Shown here piece by piece: positions 12,362 to 26,100 of a stretch of 64,000 nt of DNA. The number at the start of each line of letters is the position of its first letter. Position 1 is the stretch's first letter. The DNA comes from Trichoplax sp. H2. Taxonomy: Eukaryota. The stretch lies in assembly GCA_003344405.1 (NCBI GenBank), contig NOWV01000103.1, positions 124,001-188,000 of the forward strand, read 5' to 3'. Under the pieces are notes generated by a model. It was not told the DNA's origin and made no database searches. It saw only the letters and a program-made list of their open reading frames with translations. The position numbers and the translations under genes are program-made.

Positions 12362-13687
12362 GCTATCTTCATCTTATAGATTTATATAATTACTCTGCTG
12401 TTACAGTCGGAGAAAGTGAATATTCTCTTCATGTAGAGACTATATTTTTTACTGTAAATAGCGATTATTGCTATGCGATAGTGCGAACCTATATGATGCT
12501 GTATAGGTAATATTCGTTCGTGTATACTCGTATATAGGAAGTAAAGATATTTTTAGATATGAACTTCTTGAATTGGAACTTTTCTTATAAAATGAAGTAA
12601 AATCTTCTTGTTGTTATGATCGACAAGGAAAAAGAATGATGTATCAATTGATACTGTATACACCTTAAAATTGTCTTGTTAGCTAATTAAACTAGTCAAA
12701 TCTATGCACCGTATCACAAATGAATGAATAATTATACGGTGCAGAATGTGGTATCTGTGATGAGCTTGTAACCTATCATATCTTATTTCATTAATTAATT
12801 TAGTTACAGCTTACTCCGTGCATCTATCATAATAATTCTCTTTCAATGAGAGACGTAAATATGTTCGATTTGCATAACTACAATATATGGTACAATGTAC
12901 CTCAATTTCAATATGATCAAATGTAGGCATGATTTAGTCATTGCTCGAGCATTCGGTATATTGGTTATAATCATGTCTCTGAATGATAATGTAAATGGGT
13001 TGATTTATAATTGCAATATCTATCTATCTCAGTTTTAACGTATTTAATTTCATGTATAAAATAAATATGGGTATTGAAACATTGACGTTAATTAATTATA
13101 TTATTGATTTTGTGTTGATTCATCATTTTTGAGTTACACGGCCCATATAAAATAATTAATCGATGTAAGGTGGCATCAGCGTACGATATGTATTGATGTT
13201 AATAACCCTATAACTAGCTAATTAATTAATTAATTATCTCCGAGTCAATTGATAATAACAAATTAATGAACGAATAAATATAGAATTACCGTACATTTCT
13301 CTCTTCCTTGCTACAATTTACTATAAGTATGAAAAAATAATACAGCTGTCGTAGTTGGTATCTATTGTGGTATTTGCTACATCGTAGCGCTTTACTGGTA
13401 CATCGTATGACAGATTGTCAACTATCTAATGAATTGGTTAGTTGATCGGTTTCTAATTATAGTAGAAAGACTGCAATGCTAACCGATAAGATTCTGGCTT
13501 TCAATTCCGTCGCAAATTACTGCTATGTACATTATATCACAGTGTTCTCGCATTATCATCGAATTCATACAGTAGTATGCAGAGTGTGTTGAAGAATATT
13601 AAAAGGCCGGCTTTTGGTTCTGACGCAATTTATTTCTAGACTCAGTATACAGCATACTGTACGCCTGCTATCTTATAATGCTGCGAC

Positions 13688-13950
13688 ATTATCGTCCAAT
13701 TTATACGATCGCATGTAAAAAGATTGGACAGAGCGACTTTCGATCTCGACATAATGCGCTCTAGTATACAAGTGACATATCATAGTGCATGATATTATAG
13801 TGTTATAATATAATTAATACAGTAACATGTAGGCCTTCTTCAGTCGCCAATTATTGCTACACAATGTATTATCATCTAATTTATACGATAGCATGTAAAA
13901 AGGATGTTGATAGAGCGACTTTTAATTACGACATAATGTATCACTATACA
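13688..13950. repeat. Two diverged direct repeats (~85-bp core, ~180-bp period)
   Basis: attatcgtccaatttatacgatcgcatgtaaaaag...gagcgacttt versus attatcatctaatttatacgatagcatgtaaaaag...gagcgacttt. Confidence 0.8.
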
Positions 13951-15126
13951 GTAAACCGGTGATATATCATGATGTATCGCTTTCTGCGTAGTATTATATA
14001 ATGGATAAGCATCTATGCGAAGTAATATAATTAATATCATGTACTGTCTATGATGTAAAGAGACAAGTACATACGTATACAGTATAACGAATGTAGGACT
14101 GTAGGTCTAATTTATTATAAAATAATATGCATGCAACATTTCGCTTGAAATAGTGCTCATAACTATGGAAAGACAGATAGAATTCAATAATATTATTACT
14201 TAATTAATTAATAAAAAGTAAAGGAATTACATATTACGCCAAGTGTAACAAGCGGCTTTGTACTAGTTATCCCACTCCCACCCTATAATTGCTGTAGAAT
14301 TGATACCCTTGCATAATCATTGAGCACGAATTGCGCCCCAAAATATCTAATGACAGTTATTGTATGTTGTCGTTGCAAGTAAATACGAAAATAAACTCAA
14401 TAGACGTGAACCTTGAATAGAACAACGGATTTTATGACTAGTACTAATATAATTGATACAGTAGTATGTAGGCCATGTTGATTGCCTCCAGTCGAATAGC
14501 TAAGGGAGCCATGATGATCGCTGTCGCCTTGTACAGTACTGACTATTGGAGCCAGTTGCTTCCTGTCATGCTCAATTGCTCATACGCTGCCTCTAGCAAG
14601 ATGGCCCAATACTGTAGGGTTATTACGATAGTACAGTAAGATAGTATTACCTGATTAGCATCCATCTACAGTACTTGTACTGTACTGTACCACGGCGCCT
14701 CACTGGTCTTTACCATGGTGGTACAGTATAATCCAGTACCGTACAGTACTGTGGATAGCGTACTGTAAAGTAGCGCAGTTACAGCACGGTACTTCACGTA
14801 CTGTTCCCGTAAGGTCACGTGCAAAGCGAAGTACCACTTTTGAAGACATCATAATTATCGTCCGGTGTTGATGGAAAGGGTGGATATTGTGGGAAAATTG
14901 TTGGTCTAGTGATAGAAGGATATAACCCATCCATATTACATGATTAGAGTACTTTGGAGCGATTGATTATAGTATAATAGATAGAAAACGATTGACAGCC
15001 ATACCAGACATTGGCTTATAAAAAGAGTAATGTACTCATGCCGGATGTTGTAGGGGGCATAGCTTGGTAAACTACCTCAAATACTTTCATCAACTGTTCC
15101 GATCGTTATCTGTAGATATCAATAAA

Positions 15127-17655
15127 ATGTTATCGTCTACGCTAAGAAGATTACTCAATAAACAACCTGATCAATGGATTAAAAGCACATCAAGACTACT
15201 CGTAACGAATACAAGAACGTCGCCAGCAAGAAAATTTGATGTATTAGCTGGTGGCGATTCTAAACCTCGTGTCCTTAAGCGGCCGTGTGAAGATGCATTT
15301 TTCCTGGCTGACGCTGGAGATTACTATGCTATCGGTTGGTCAATCTTGTTTGTTAAAATGAGCCGCGCTCTGTGCACTCGTATTATTTGTCACCGTGATT
15401 TGAAATGATATGTGTATATGCATGTATATACAAGGATTATTATTTTTATGATCATGGAGTAGACATTAACATAGACTACTTGATATGAAAGATTACATAA
15501 GGGTATTTATGAACATTGTTTTCAGGCGAAGATACACTATCATTTCAGGTGGACTCAGATTGCAGTATAACGATATAAAAATCGTTTCATCCGTCTGAGG
15601 CGTATGCAGACATCATTAAGCGAGCGTTCTAGTCGATTATAAAGCTCTAATCTTTCGCCGTTCAATACATCATCACAGAAACGTTTATCAAAGCTGATCT
15701 GTTATAGCGTTGTAACCTGTGATAGTATACTGTAATGCCTGTAAAACGGCACCTATTCAAAGTGCAATAGCGAAGGTCTACCACCAGTATTATACTTATT
15801 GCATTGTAATTCTCCTCGAGAGTGAGATTGCTGTCATAAACAAGTGATATAGTTGCCAAGTTGACTTGATTATGAATCCCTTAGTTAGTTAGTCAGTGAG
15901 CCAGTCTACACTTAACTCATGGGCCCCAATTTTTGAATAATCGTTACAATGCAATTTCGTTAGCAGCAATTTTCTGCTATGATTTCAGTAATTCCCCAAC
16001 TGCTCCTTTATATTAATCGACTTATGTTTATAGATACATTACGTTATCGACCGTTGATGCGTTTATTTGAAGTGTTTATGATGTATTTTGTATAGGTGTT
16101 GCTGATGGCGTTGGTCAATGGAGATCTGCAGGTTATGATCCTACGATATTCCCAACAACTTTAATGGACAATTGTCATCAATTGATGATGACCAAGGGAT
16201 ACAGCGATCCGTTATCTTTGTTGAATGATAGCTACGATAAACTGATACATGATAAACAAGTGGAAGGAGGTTAGTTAGTTAACTCAATCTCATACAAATT
16301 GTACTTTTAGTCCTCGTATAATCTTAGATATTTTTCAATCATTTAATGACATGAGAGCCAGTGATGAATAAATTAATAATGTCATATTTGCTACTGCTCA
16401 AGTAGCGGTTAATAACTATACGTATCGGTTGTACAGTATAGTTGATTTTGCTGTATCTTTAATCTGTAAATTTTGCCCTATTCTTTTTATTTTTTAGAGA
16501 TAGTTTATCCTTTAAAAACGATTTAAAATTTGACCGTTAACATTATTTTGGATAATCTAATAGCATCGTGAATTTTTATTATCCTTAGGGAGTGCGACTG
16601 TTTGTCTGCTAATATTAAATAAATTAGAAGGAACCTTGAAATCGTTAACGTTGGGCGATAGTAGCTTCTATTTAGTGAGAGATACGCAGTTACTGCACAC
16701 ACCAAATTATCAGTTATACTCAAGAGATGCGCCATATCAACTTGCTATTGTGCCACCGTCGGCGCCGAACACAACAATCTCTAGCAAGTAAGTTAATCCA
16801 GGGAAGTAATCATATATTCTAAAGTTACACTCTTTTAAGTAAATAGTCTATGAACTATTTAAACGATTATAATACGACTAGAAGATAGGCTACGGTCTAG
16901 TATAGCGATTTAAAAAAGATTTACCTTTGATGATCCTTATAGAATATCCGATGCTACCTTGAGCACATTTGAGTTAAAAGAAAATGATCATATAATAGCT
17001 GCAACTGATGGTTTTATCGATAACTTATATGATGAAGAATTGATAGAAGAGTTAAATGATATGCACGTAAGTGATTAAAAAGTGTATATCAGCTAATTCA
17101 ATAACAATAACCTATCAACTATTGTATTTACAATTTCTGTATGCCTCTTCTTTTTATATTGGGTGAAATATACAGTATTTACGTGTACATTAGCAACGTT
17201 GGCTACCTCTTCTACGTGGAAATGCTATTGCTGTATTAGGTTACATACGAGGGTATAATCTTTTTTTCTTCTTTAGAATATTAATGACGCTCTTGGTGCT
17301 GCTCGTATACTTTGTAGTAGAGCTTATCAATTGGCTAGTAGGCCTGATAGGTGAGCAATTGTGTCTTATTACTATGATTATAATTGTATAGATATTTTAA
17401 CCCCTTATTCCATCTAATGATAATCACTAATCTAAATATTACTGTTATTACAGTATTATTAATTGGAGATTACACGTATAGAATGATTATAGTGTTTGCT
17501 AATGTAGATTTACCTTTATGTTCTACAATTTATCTAGGATTGCACCCAGCCATAGCAGAAGAACTGGTGGTAAAATAATAGATGATCTTGATATTGAATA
17601 TGGTGGAATTATAGATGATATTACCGTCGTTGTTGGGATGGTAACGAAGACTTAA
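15127..17655 (+). CDS. PPTC7: PP2C-family phosphatase PTC7 homolog, probably mitochondrial; exons 15127-15334, 16096-16269, 16589-16787, 16943-17066, 17277-17350, 17538-17655
   Basis: Spliced translation gives CEDAFF, GVADGVGQW, GGSATVC, LGDSSF, APYQLA, IIAATDGFIDNLYD and GGIIDDITVVV. The N-terminus MLSSTLRRLL looks like a presequence. Confidence 0.9.
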
Positions 17656-18560
17656 TTTATTATATTCGTATTAGTTAGAAATGAAAATTTTTAAAGGGTG
17701 CATGTGCACGCATAGATATCGCATAGCCTTGATCTATTAATTTTTGCTATGGCTATAGTATAGATTGCTTAGGGCAATTAAAATCTAATTATATATGTAT
17801 TTTAACATGTGAATATCAATATATAAAGCTAGATTAATTGTACTTTATTTAATTCTTACTACAATATTCGTTACCTTACAAGCATTATAACGGTAATTTG
17901 GTAGTCATAACATGTTTAGCTATTTGCGTTAAAAGCTTGGCAATATTATTACAAAAGGTTTTAATCAATTTGAACGCATTAGTCGTTACAATCAAAACTC
18001 TAGCAACTTTATTTACAGTTTATGCTTTCTTTAGAATATCAATTTTCTGTAATAAAAGTATCGCATTGTCAGTGCATTACAATTGAACAGTACTGTGCTT
18101 CTGCTTCGAATCTAATATTAGTAGTAAAATTTATATGTTACTATAACATCAATAAAAGGACGTACAAGATTTACATTGCTATTATAGTCATCAATTAATA
18201 TACACAACTTCTTACCTGTTGTAATGAAAAGGCAATTTTAAAAAGTAATTTATATATAGCTTATACTGCATCTATTTAGGTATAAGTTGCATAGTATACT
18301 GTACTTTTTATTTTTTCTTAGCCGTACCAAGTGTGAGCTAATTGCAAGTATATAATTTCAGAAGTGTGTATTATTTTTATCGAGTACAACAAAATAAATG
18401 TATGATACAGTTAAATAATGAAGCATTGATTCAAGGAATTGTTATTGGCCTTGATTTTTAATGAAGTAGCTACTGTTGCAGTAACATTCAAGGTTTCATT
18501 ATAGCTTATACATTTGTTCCCGTCAATTTTATTACAAATAGGCTGCGCTATCTGCGCTTT

Positions 18561-20478
18561 TCAAAATCGAACAATTTTGGGTCTTCCCTTAGCTTTAGAA
18601 AAGTTAGTTTTAATCGATTTAGAAATCGTTACCATACCATCATCATCTGCGCTCACGGTTGAATTTAAAACACGTAATTTCAATTCGCTTTCTTCTTCTA
18701 TTAAGAACATTGGAATAACGTTAAATAGACTGACTTCTATAGCACGGTTTATTTATTATATCATAAATCGCGTTCAGAACAAGATCTGAACCTATACATG
18801 AAGTTATCAACATAAATACCTTTGTGTCTCATGGGGCAATCTCTGTGAAAGTGCTCTACGGATCCACATAGTTTACAGGATCCACCTATTACCAAAAAGT
18901 CTTAGCTTTTTTCGTATAAACTAACTTTTTTATATTATCCGACTTAATGATAGAGGTAGCTTTTCCTTTTACCTCTACGGACTTGACTACAAGTTATATG
19001 CAAGAGGGTCGAAATCTACGATTGTTATATTTCTGTATATTTGTAGATATAACATTGAACGATATTGACTTATTGTCTAATTTTACCTAACGGATACAAT
19101 CCTCTAGGATTGTCTGGGCAAGATTTTGATAAGTGACCAACACCTTGACATATAAAACACTTTGCAAAGGGCAATGGATCTAGACAATAGCATATTATTT
19201 AATTTTATTTTAGTAATACTATAATCAGGATATAGAGATTAAATTAAGATAATTGTAGGGGCACGTCTATAAGGTAAGAGAATAACTGAACGGATATTTA
19301 CCATCACGACGTGATTGATCATATTGGGTACACTGATATAGGGAATGGTTACTGGAACCACATTTGAAGCAAATTTTTTCGCTACTATTTCCGCTTTCTG
19401 CTTTACATTTAGACACTTTGTGGCCGGGTTGTCGACATTTGAAGCAAACCTAAGGATTAGTTTTGAAATAATTTGCTTACAGTGGTAATGTGTGAGAGGC
19501 GAATGTCATTCTGATTATTAGTACTGTATACTGTTATTCCTATAGTCAGTGTAGTTCACTGACAAAATTTTATATTTAACGATTGTAATGTACAATTTAC
19601 CGTTTTTTTCTTTTGAAGTTTGGCCTGATCGGCTTTACCGATGTGATGCATTTTCATTTTACTCCCGGGATCTGGACGTTTACTTTTATTCTTGTTGCCT
19701 ATGGAGACGAAACGTATCAACTCTTCCATTTATTTTATAGAATAACACGAGTACTGCATAGTTTACATGTCAGTTTGACAAGCATACGTGTATAATGATA
19801 ATTTTTACATTGCTGTTATCGCTGCTTATTACAGCGTGATCTTTAAATCATGTGAGGTCAAAGAGATGGTTATGGTCCAGCTCTGGCTGTAATATGTACT
19901 CGGTCGATCAAGGTTAATTACAAATTACAGTCATATAATTTGAAAAGTAACTAAAATGGTCTTGCTCGAATGGTAAATTATACAAGATCCTATCTCAAAT
20001 AATAATGTAAGTAACTACTGCTAGCTTGCAATGCTAATCTTTAAATAAAATTCAGCCAATAACTGCGGCTGTCAATTAATACTTTATAGTTGGGCACGGC
20101 CAAAGAATGAGGTAGTCTGTACAGCGCATTGGATTAGACTATTGCATCTTCGGTGCATCTACAATACAGTAGATCATCATTGACTGTCATTAAACTGAAT
20201 GTCATGTCCACCATGCTGGTTCCAAGCCTGCGATCAATTCTTGCATACAATTCATTGCTATCATCTAGTCTTATAATTATTACTGAATAAGAGAAATCAA
20301 TGGCCGAATAGTATAAAATGACAGCAGTATGAATGGCTATCATGAAAAAGCAGAGCTAAGGAAGTAGCTGCATGATCATGGTATACAAACCGGCGTATTG
20401 AGGTTTTAATTCTTTCCATGGAGTAGCCTTGTCCAATTTACGTCCCTTGTTTTGATTGCTTCTTGCGAATCGGGTCAT
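18561..20478 (-). CDS. ZCCHC9: Zinc finger CCHC domain-containing protein 9 homolog with four CCHC knuckles; exons 20478-20391, 19698-19601, 19449-19302, 19179-19087, 18885-18820, 18697-18561
   Basis: N-terminus MTRFARS...KATPWKEL; knuckles CFKCRQPGHKVSKC, CFKCGSSNHSLYQC, CFICQGVGHLSKSC(PDNPRGLYP) and CKLCGSVEHFHRDC; C-terminus PKIVRF*. All junctions are GT-AG and in phase. Confidence 0.92.
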
Positions 20479-20852
20479 AGCTCTTTTATTCTAGTGTATT
20501 GAGGAATTATTATTCAATGAGCTAATGATGAGAACAAAATTGGCCGACGGAAAAATGAATTAAAGAGAAAAGGAATCCTGCTTTTAGTCGGATTTAAGTT
20601 ACTCTACGACTATGCAATGAGCTAAAGACTACTAGCTGTACGGCGCCTGCGCTAGTCGAGGCGTCCAGGCCTTCTGTCACAATTACTCTGTATGACTCAG
20701 AACAGTACCGAGTCCTGTATGATTCATGTTGCCTATGTGTTCCTATATGGAGGCTGGGATGATTTGCTGGTTATATTTGGCTCACTAGTAGGAAACTATA
20801 TCCATTTCACTGAAGTTATGCTCCCTTATCGACCAAAAATGATGAACATAGT

Positions 20853-20889
20853 CAAAGACTACTAGAAGAAGACCTTCTTGTAGTCTTTG
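20853..20889. repeat. 37-bp palindrome of the CAnnGACTACTA family
   Basis: CAAAGACTACTAGAAG-aagac-CTTCTTGTAGTCTTTG: a 16-bp stem with one mismatch. Confidence 0.75.
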
Positions 20890-20894
20890 ATACA

Positions 20895-21540
20895 GTGTAG
20901 TGTACGTTATGAGCGGATATACTGAACTATAGCGAACGGGTACAGGTAGATACTATTGCCGTTCTTTGTAAATCAATATAGACCGTTATATATAGCTATA
21001 GCCAGCGGTTATTGGGGGAGCTCTAGACATATAGCAGCTAGATATAGATATAGGTATAGATAGCTAAATAGACACTTTGATCAGCATAGACGCATATACA
21101 GTATACGGTAGATAGTACTAGCCGTTTGTTGTATCATTGGCTTGATTCTTTATTGCATGCCAACAGTATTAGCGCCATACTTTAGAGTATAAGTAGATGT
21201 TTTAGCATTATATATCTATAATTATGTATATATATGTACATGTAGATGGTATATGTGTATACCGTATAAATGTTATGTATAGTATAGTGAGCGGATATAA
21301 ATAGCTACTCTTCCCGTTCATTGTGAACCGATTAGGCAGATATATAGCTATAGCCATTCGCAGATTGTTGGAAGCCTTAGACGTAGGGCAGCTAGATATA
21401 GATATACGTATACAGTAAATAGTTAAATAGACCACTTGGCCGACATAGATGCATATATACTGTACAGTAGATAGAACTAGCCGTTGCATCATCAACTTGA
21501 CTCTTCATTACTGCGTGCTATTAATGCCATACTTGAGATC
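20895..21540. repeat. Diverged tandem duplication of a ~270-300-bp non-coding unit
   Basis: The same blocks occur twice in the same order: gagcggatata, atatatagctatagcca, gcagctagatatagatata, taaatagac, gtagatag, actagccgtt, gccatactt. Confidence 0.8.
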
Positions 21541-23156
21541 GAAGTACTGTATATTATAGCTATTGAGAGCGACTATGTTTACTAATAAGAGTATGAGCGA
21601 TAGATCACATGTTCTTTTCATAATACGTATATTTAGAAATATTATAAAATAAGATTAAGATTTAATCATATTTTCAGGTAATTTAACTTTTACCTTGTTA
21701 TCGATATTAATCCTAATTGGAGCATTCGCGATTTGTTTGGTAGAACATTTAAATATTATTCCCTAATGAAGACGTTTATATTTATTGTTTTTAAGAATTT
21801 TCTTAATACGTTTGTGAATTGTTATTTTTGTCCATATTACTAATCTCATATATTATTTTTTTCAATTGCTGCTTTCCGGAGTAGTACGAACTTACGAATA
21901 GTGTAGTTCTCTAGACTCTAGTAATTAGTTATATATAACGCAGAGCACTTTACTACAGTCATTAGCTGCAACGACAATAATTATACTCTTGACTCTTATT
22001 TGATTCCATAGGCAAACGCATTTAGGCCCCCGCTGTGAGTGGGATAGATAGAAACATCGTACCTAGATTTATTGCCAGAAATGACCATAACTCGATTCTA
22101 TCTTAGATGAAACACCCTATCTTTCCGATAGGTTGAATTTATCGAATTTTAAGACTGGACATAGCTCGAAAGGAGTCGGTACAGTAGTCGATATTATAGT
22201 CAGGATGGTACAATTTTAAAGGGACAGTGGATAAACGTGACTACAAGTCGGCGGGGAGTAAGATCTTGGAGATCCATGTTAATCACGTGAATTGTGGATG
22301 GTTATCCTTTACTCTTCAAGGAAAAGATTCTCGAGTTTTCATGCTCCTATCTTGCAATCATAATCAGAGCAATATTAGGTACAGGCTAGATTGCCGTCAG
22401 AAATTTTAAATCAAGGAGTGCTGATCGATAAAAAATGAAACGAGTGACTACATGTAGTAAAAAGAAATTTTACTACAATTACGAAGAGATTTTTATCTCT
22501 CAAGAGTCGGCCTCATTTATTGCAAGTCTAAAATACTGAGCTCAATAGCTGCTTGATCCAACCTTCTCGATAGGATGATCGATCATATCTTGATTCATTC
22601 CAAATCCATGGCTAAAATCAATGAATCATTTAAAGAGCGATATCTTAACTAATTCTTCAGTTCAAAAATCAATATGGCCATGATTAGAATTGAACTTGTT
22701 TTAGTAAATGATAAATGGAGAAAATACCACTTGCGAAAATATCCTTGCATTAGTTTCAATAAACTGTCTACGTACTAATTGAGTTCCACCTGTTCTATTG
22801 AGTGGACAATATCTGATGTATAATTCATATAAAATACACACATCAGACTCCTTAAATCAATATTCGTTGACAGAAAATCAATTTATAACTTTAGGTCCTG
22901 AATTCTCCATTGACTCTATTTATAATTATTCAGCATCACTCTATGCTTTTAATTGTTGTATGCACTTGATTCTACTATACTGCACTACTGGACAGAGTAG
23001 GCAGACCGTGGCAACAGTATCAACAAATAGGCACCTGCCTTATATTTTTCCATTCTTCCGCTGACGTCATTTAGATCAAAGTCGATACATGTATTTAAGT
23101 CTTAACAGACCCAATCTTTTAATAATTCGATCGGTCTGCTAGGCTAAAGGAGCACC

Positions 23157-26100
23157 ATGGTGTCTTCGAGCTTTATCCTCTCCTTGATTTTCATCTATCT
23201 ATTTACTGGCGTCGTCTATTATCTACCGGGATCTAATCATCGTAATCATATTCATCATGACAACCGAGATTATTCTATTCTGGAGAGAAATTGCCGACAA
23301 CCCGAACAGATTCATCTAAGTGTTACTGGTAAACCCTCTGAACGTGTTATTTCATTCGTTGTTCAGATTAAAACATGTCCATCGCAAAGTTCTCTGCGAT
23401 ATGGTGTAAATCCAAATGATCTTTCCCAACATGGCCAAATTCATTGCCATGAATTTGCTGCCGTTAAAAGTGCTACCGGTAGAAGAAATCGTATCATTTC
23501 CATTCTCTACACCAAGGTAATTCTAGGGTCAATTTAATCGTTGCCATCAATAAAACAAGGTTACTCTACGCTTTTAACTCCTCTCTTTGTTGATTCTCAA
23601 CATGCATGATTATGTACTTCAATCGATAAAAAACATTATTCTGTTCTTTTAACTCATCTCTGTTGATTCTCAACTTGTTTGATGGTTCATTCCAGTCTAT
23701 TAACTCGTCAATGAGAAGTAATCATTCGATGATCAAATATTAGCACGTATTATTCCTCAGCTCCAAAAATGAAAATAATAATAGTTCTTATCGAAACGGG
23801 TAAAATGCCCTACATACTATTGCTAGAGAAGAAGTTTGAGCATCTGGAAATAGGCATCATGGAAAGCAGTAGTATTCAATTCATCATCGTGAATGGTAGT
23901 CCGATCTTTTCATTTTCAATCTGCTTTACATACAGTAACTAACGTCATGACTATGTATATATCTCATGAAAAATAAATAGGTAATCATAAGTACGGGCGA
24001 AATTAGTTACTGCTACTTCCACCTTCAAGTTTCAAATGTGATAAAACTTTAGTTTACAAGTAGGGGTTAATTTAACCAAATCTGCGAATAAGGTAAACTG
24101 CAAACATGTACCCCTTGAACAGAGTTAGGAGGTCAAATTCATCATGATCAGTATTGCTTCTTTCATACTCAACATGAAAATTACTGAAAAATACGAATCT
24201 ATTCTAGCTATTCGAGTGGAAATGTCATTGATAAGGTCATCGAAGGTTTTTATAATAATAATACTTTACAGACTTGTCTTTTGATTTATTCAAACTGGGA
24301 TTTATGTAGTCTCTGAAATGTTTTCCATATACTGAAGTTAAATGTGATCAGATAGCGCCATCGTGATCAGACATTTTAGTTATTTGCACGCGGTAAATTA
24401 TTTCCTCAGAAATCAAAAGGCTCATACTACTGCTGTCAAGGTCATCAGTAGAAATATCCTGAGACTGGTTTAAGGAATAAAATTTAGATAATTTCCGTAA
24501 CAGAATTAAATAGTTCCTTAGATACAGTCTTGATGTTATATCGTACATAAGTTTATATAATATTATCAGTCATACTTTACATCACTTCTCAGATGCAACT
24601 GTCGATAAAAATTCAAAACTTTCTAGATTTGACTACGTGTATGCAGAACTAATGGCCGATCTACATCGCATTAAATTTCGTACTTGATTAGTCTTCTTCT
24701 ACGTGTATGCAGACCTGACGGCCTATCTACATCGCATTAAATCTCGTACTTGATTAGTCTTCTTCTACATTAATTCTCAGATACAATGATTGCCTGATAG
24801 AAATTTGAAAAACTTCTATACTTAATTCTAAGTACACAGACGTGGTAGTATGCTTGAAAAACATCATCAATATCAAAAGGCGACTTAATTTAAGATAATA
24901 TTCTATCGTTCCGATCAAAATGAAAGTCGAAATTTTAGTGCTGTATCGATTAAAATCTTGTTTTCTTTATTAACGGTATGGCAATTTAAGGAGAAAAGGG
25001 ATTAAATTATTATCGATAATTGGACATTGAGTGGAAGGATAACCTACTACTATAGATTATAATAGTTCACCAGGAATTGATAAAGCTTGTTAAATAGAAT
25101 AGCAATTTTTCTTCCGTTAGTAATTAGAAAGGGCCACTACTAAATTTCGGAATATTTCTAGAAGTTTTCAAGTTAATTCCTATACAATAAAAAACTGACA
25201 TATTAATTTGTGCAATTTATAATTATTCATTATTGAAGATCTACACTATCGTCAAGACTATTAATTCGCCTGACTAATAGAGAATCTCATTTACACGGAA
25301 TTGTTTCATAAGTAAAGTAGAATATTATTCTGAATAGTAAGACAATTAATTGAATGTCTAACAAATTTATGTCAAGACTTTAGAGAAATCTTCCTTAATC
25401 ATAAAAATTATCTGGTTTAACCTCAAATTTCTTTTTGCTATTCTAATTAATTCATTTTTGAATATATCTACTTGTATCGCAATGTCTACTTTCATTAGTA
25501 TACAAAAATATTTACTAGCTGCAAAGTATAACAACGATATCTCTAATCTGATATAGACTGAAGTAAATTTTTCCCTTTAATTAGAAATCATCTACTCTAT
25601 ATATTCAGCGTGAGCGAAATTGATATCGATTAGCGGTATAAAGTTCTACACATTTTAGCTTCAATCAAACACTCATAAATAAGAGTACATTAATTTGAAA
25701 ATAAGGTACCTTACTGAAAAACCTCTAGCACAGAGGCTGTCATCTTCTTAGCGTCGTTTGTAGCATTTTTATTTCTTTCAATATTAGATCTGTTTAAAAT
25801 TCCCAATTAGTAACTAGTTGTAGTACTTTTTAAGTTAATTCTGCGATCGATTGCTTCAACCGAAAGATTATGTGGCAATATCTAGACGAAGAATCTAAAT
25901 AATATTTCTATAAGTAAATCATGTAAGATTCCTTCATTTATTTAGTTTTCGTCAAAATCTTGACATTTTTACTTTGAATTTCGTTTAGTGATAAATTCAT
26001 TAGTACATTATTTATTATTAAGTAAAGGGTTATTATAAAGACTTCAAGAACTTGTTTCTTTCATTTGCATATGACCAATTATCCATATATTTACATTTAT

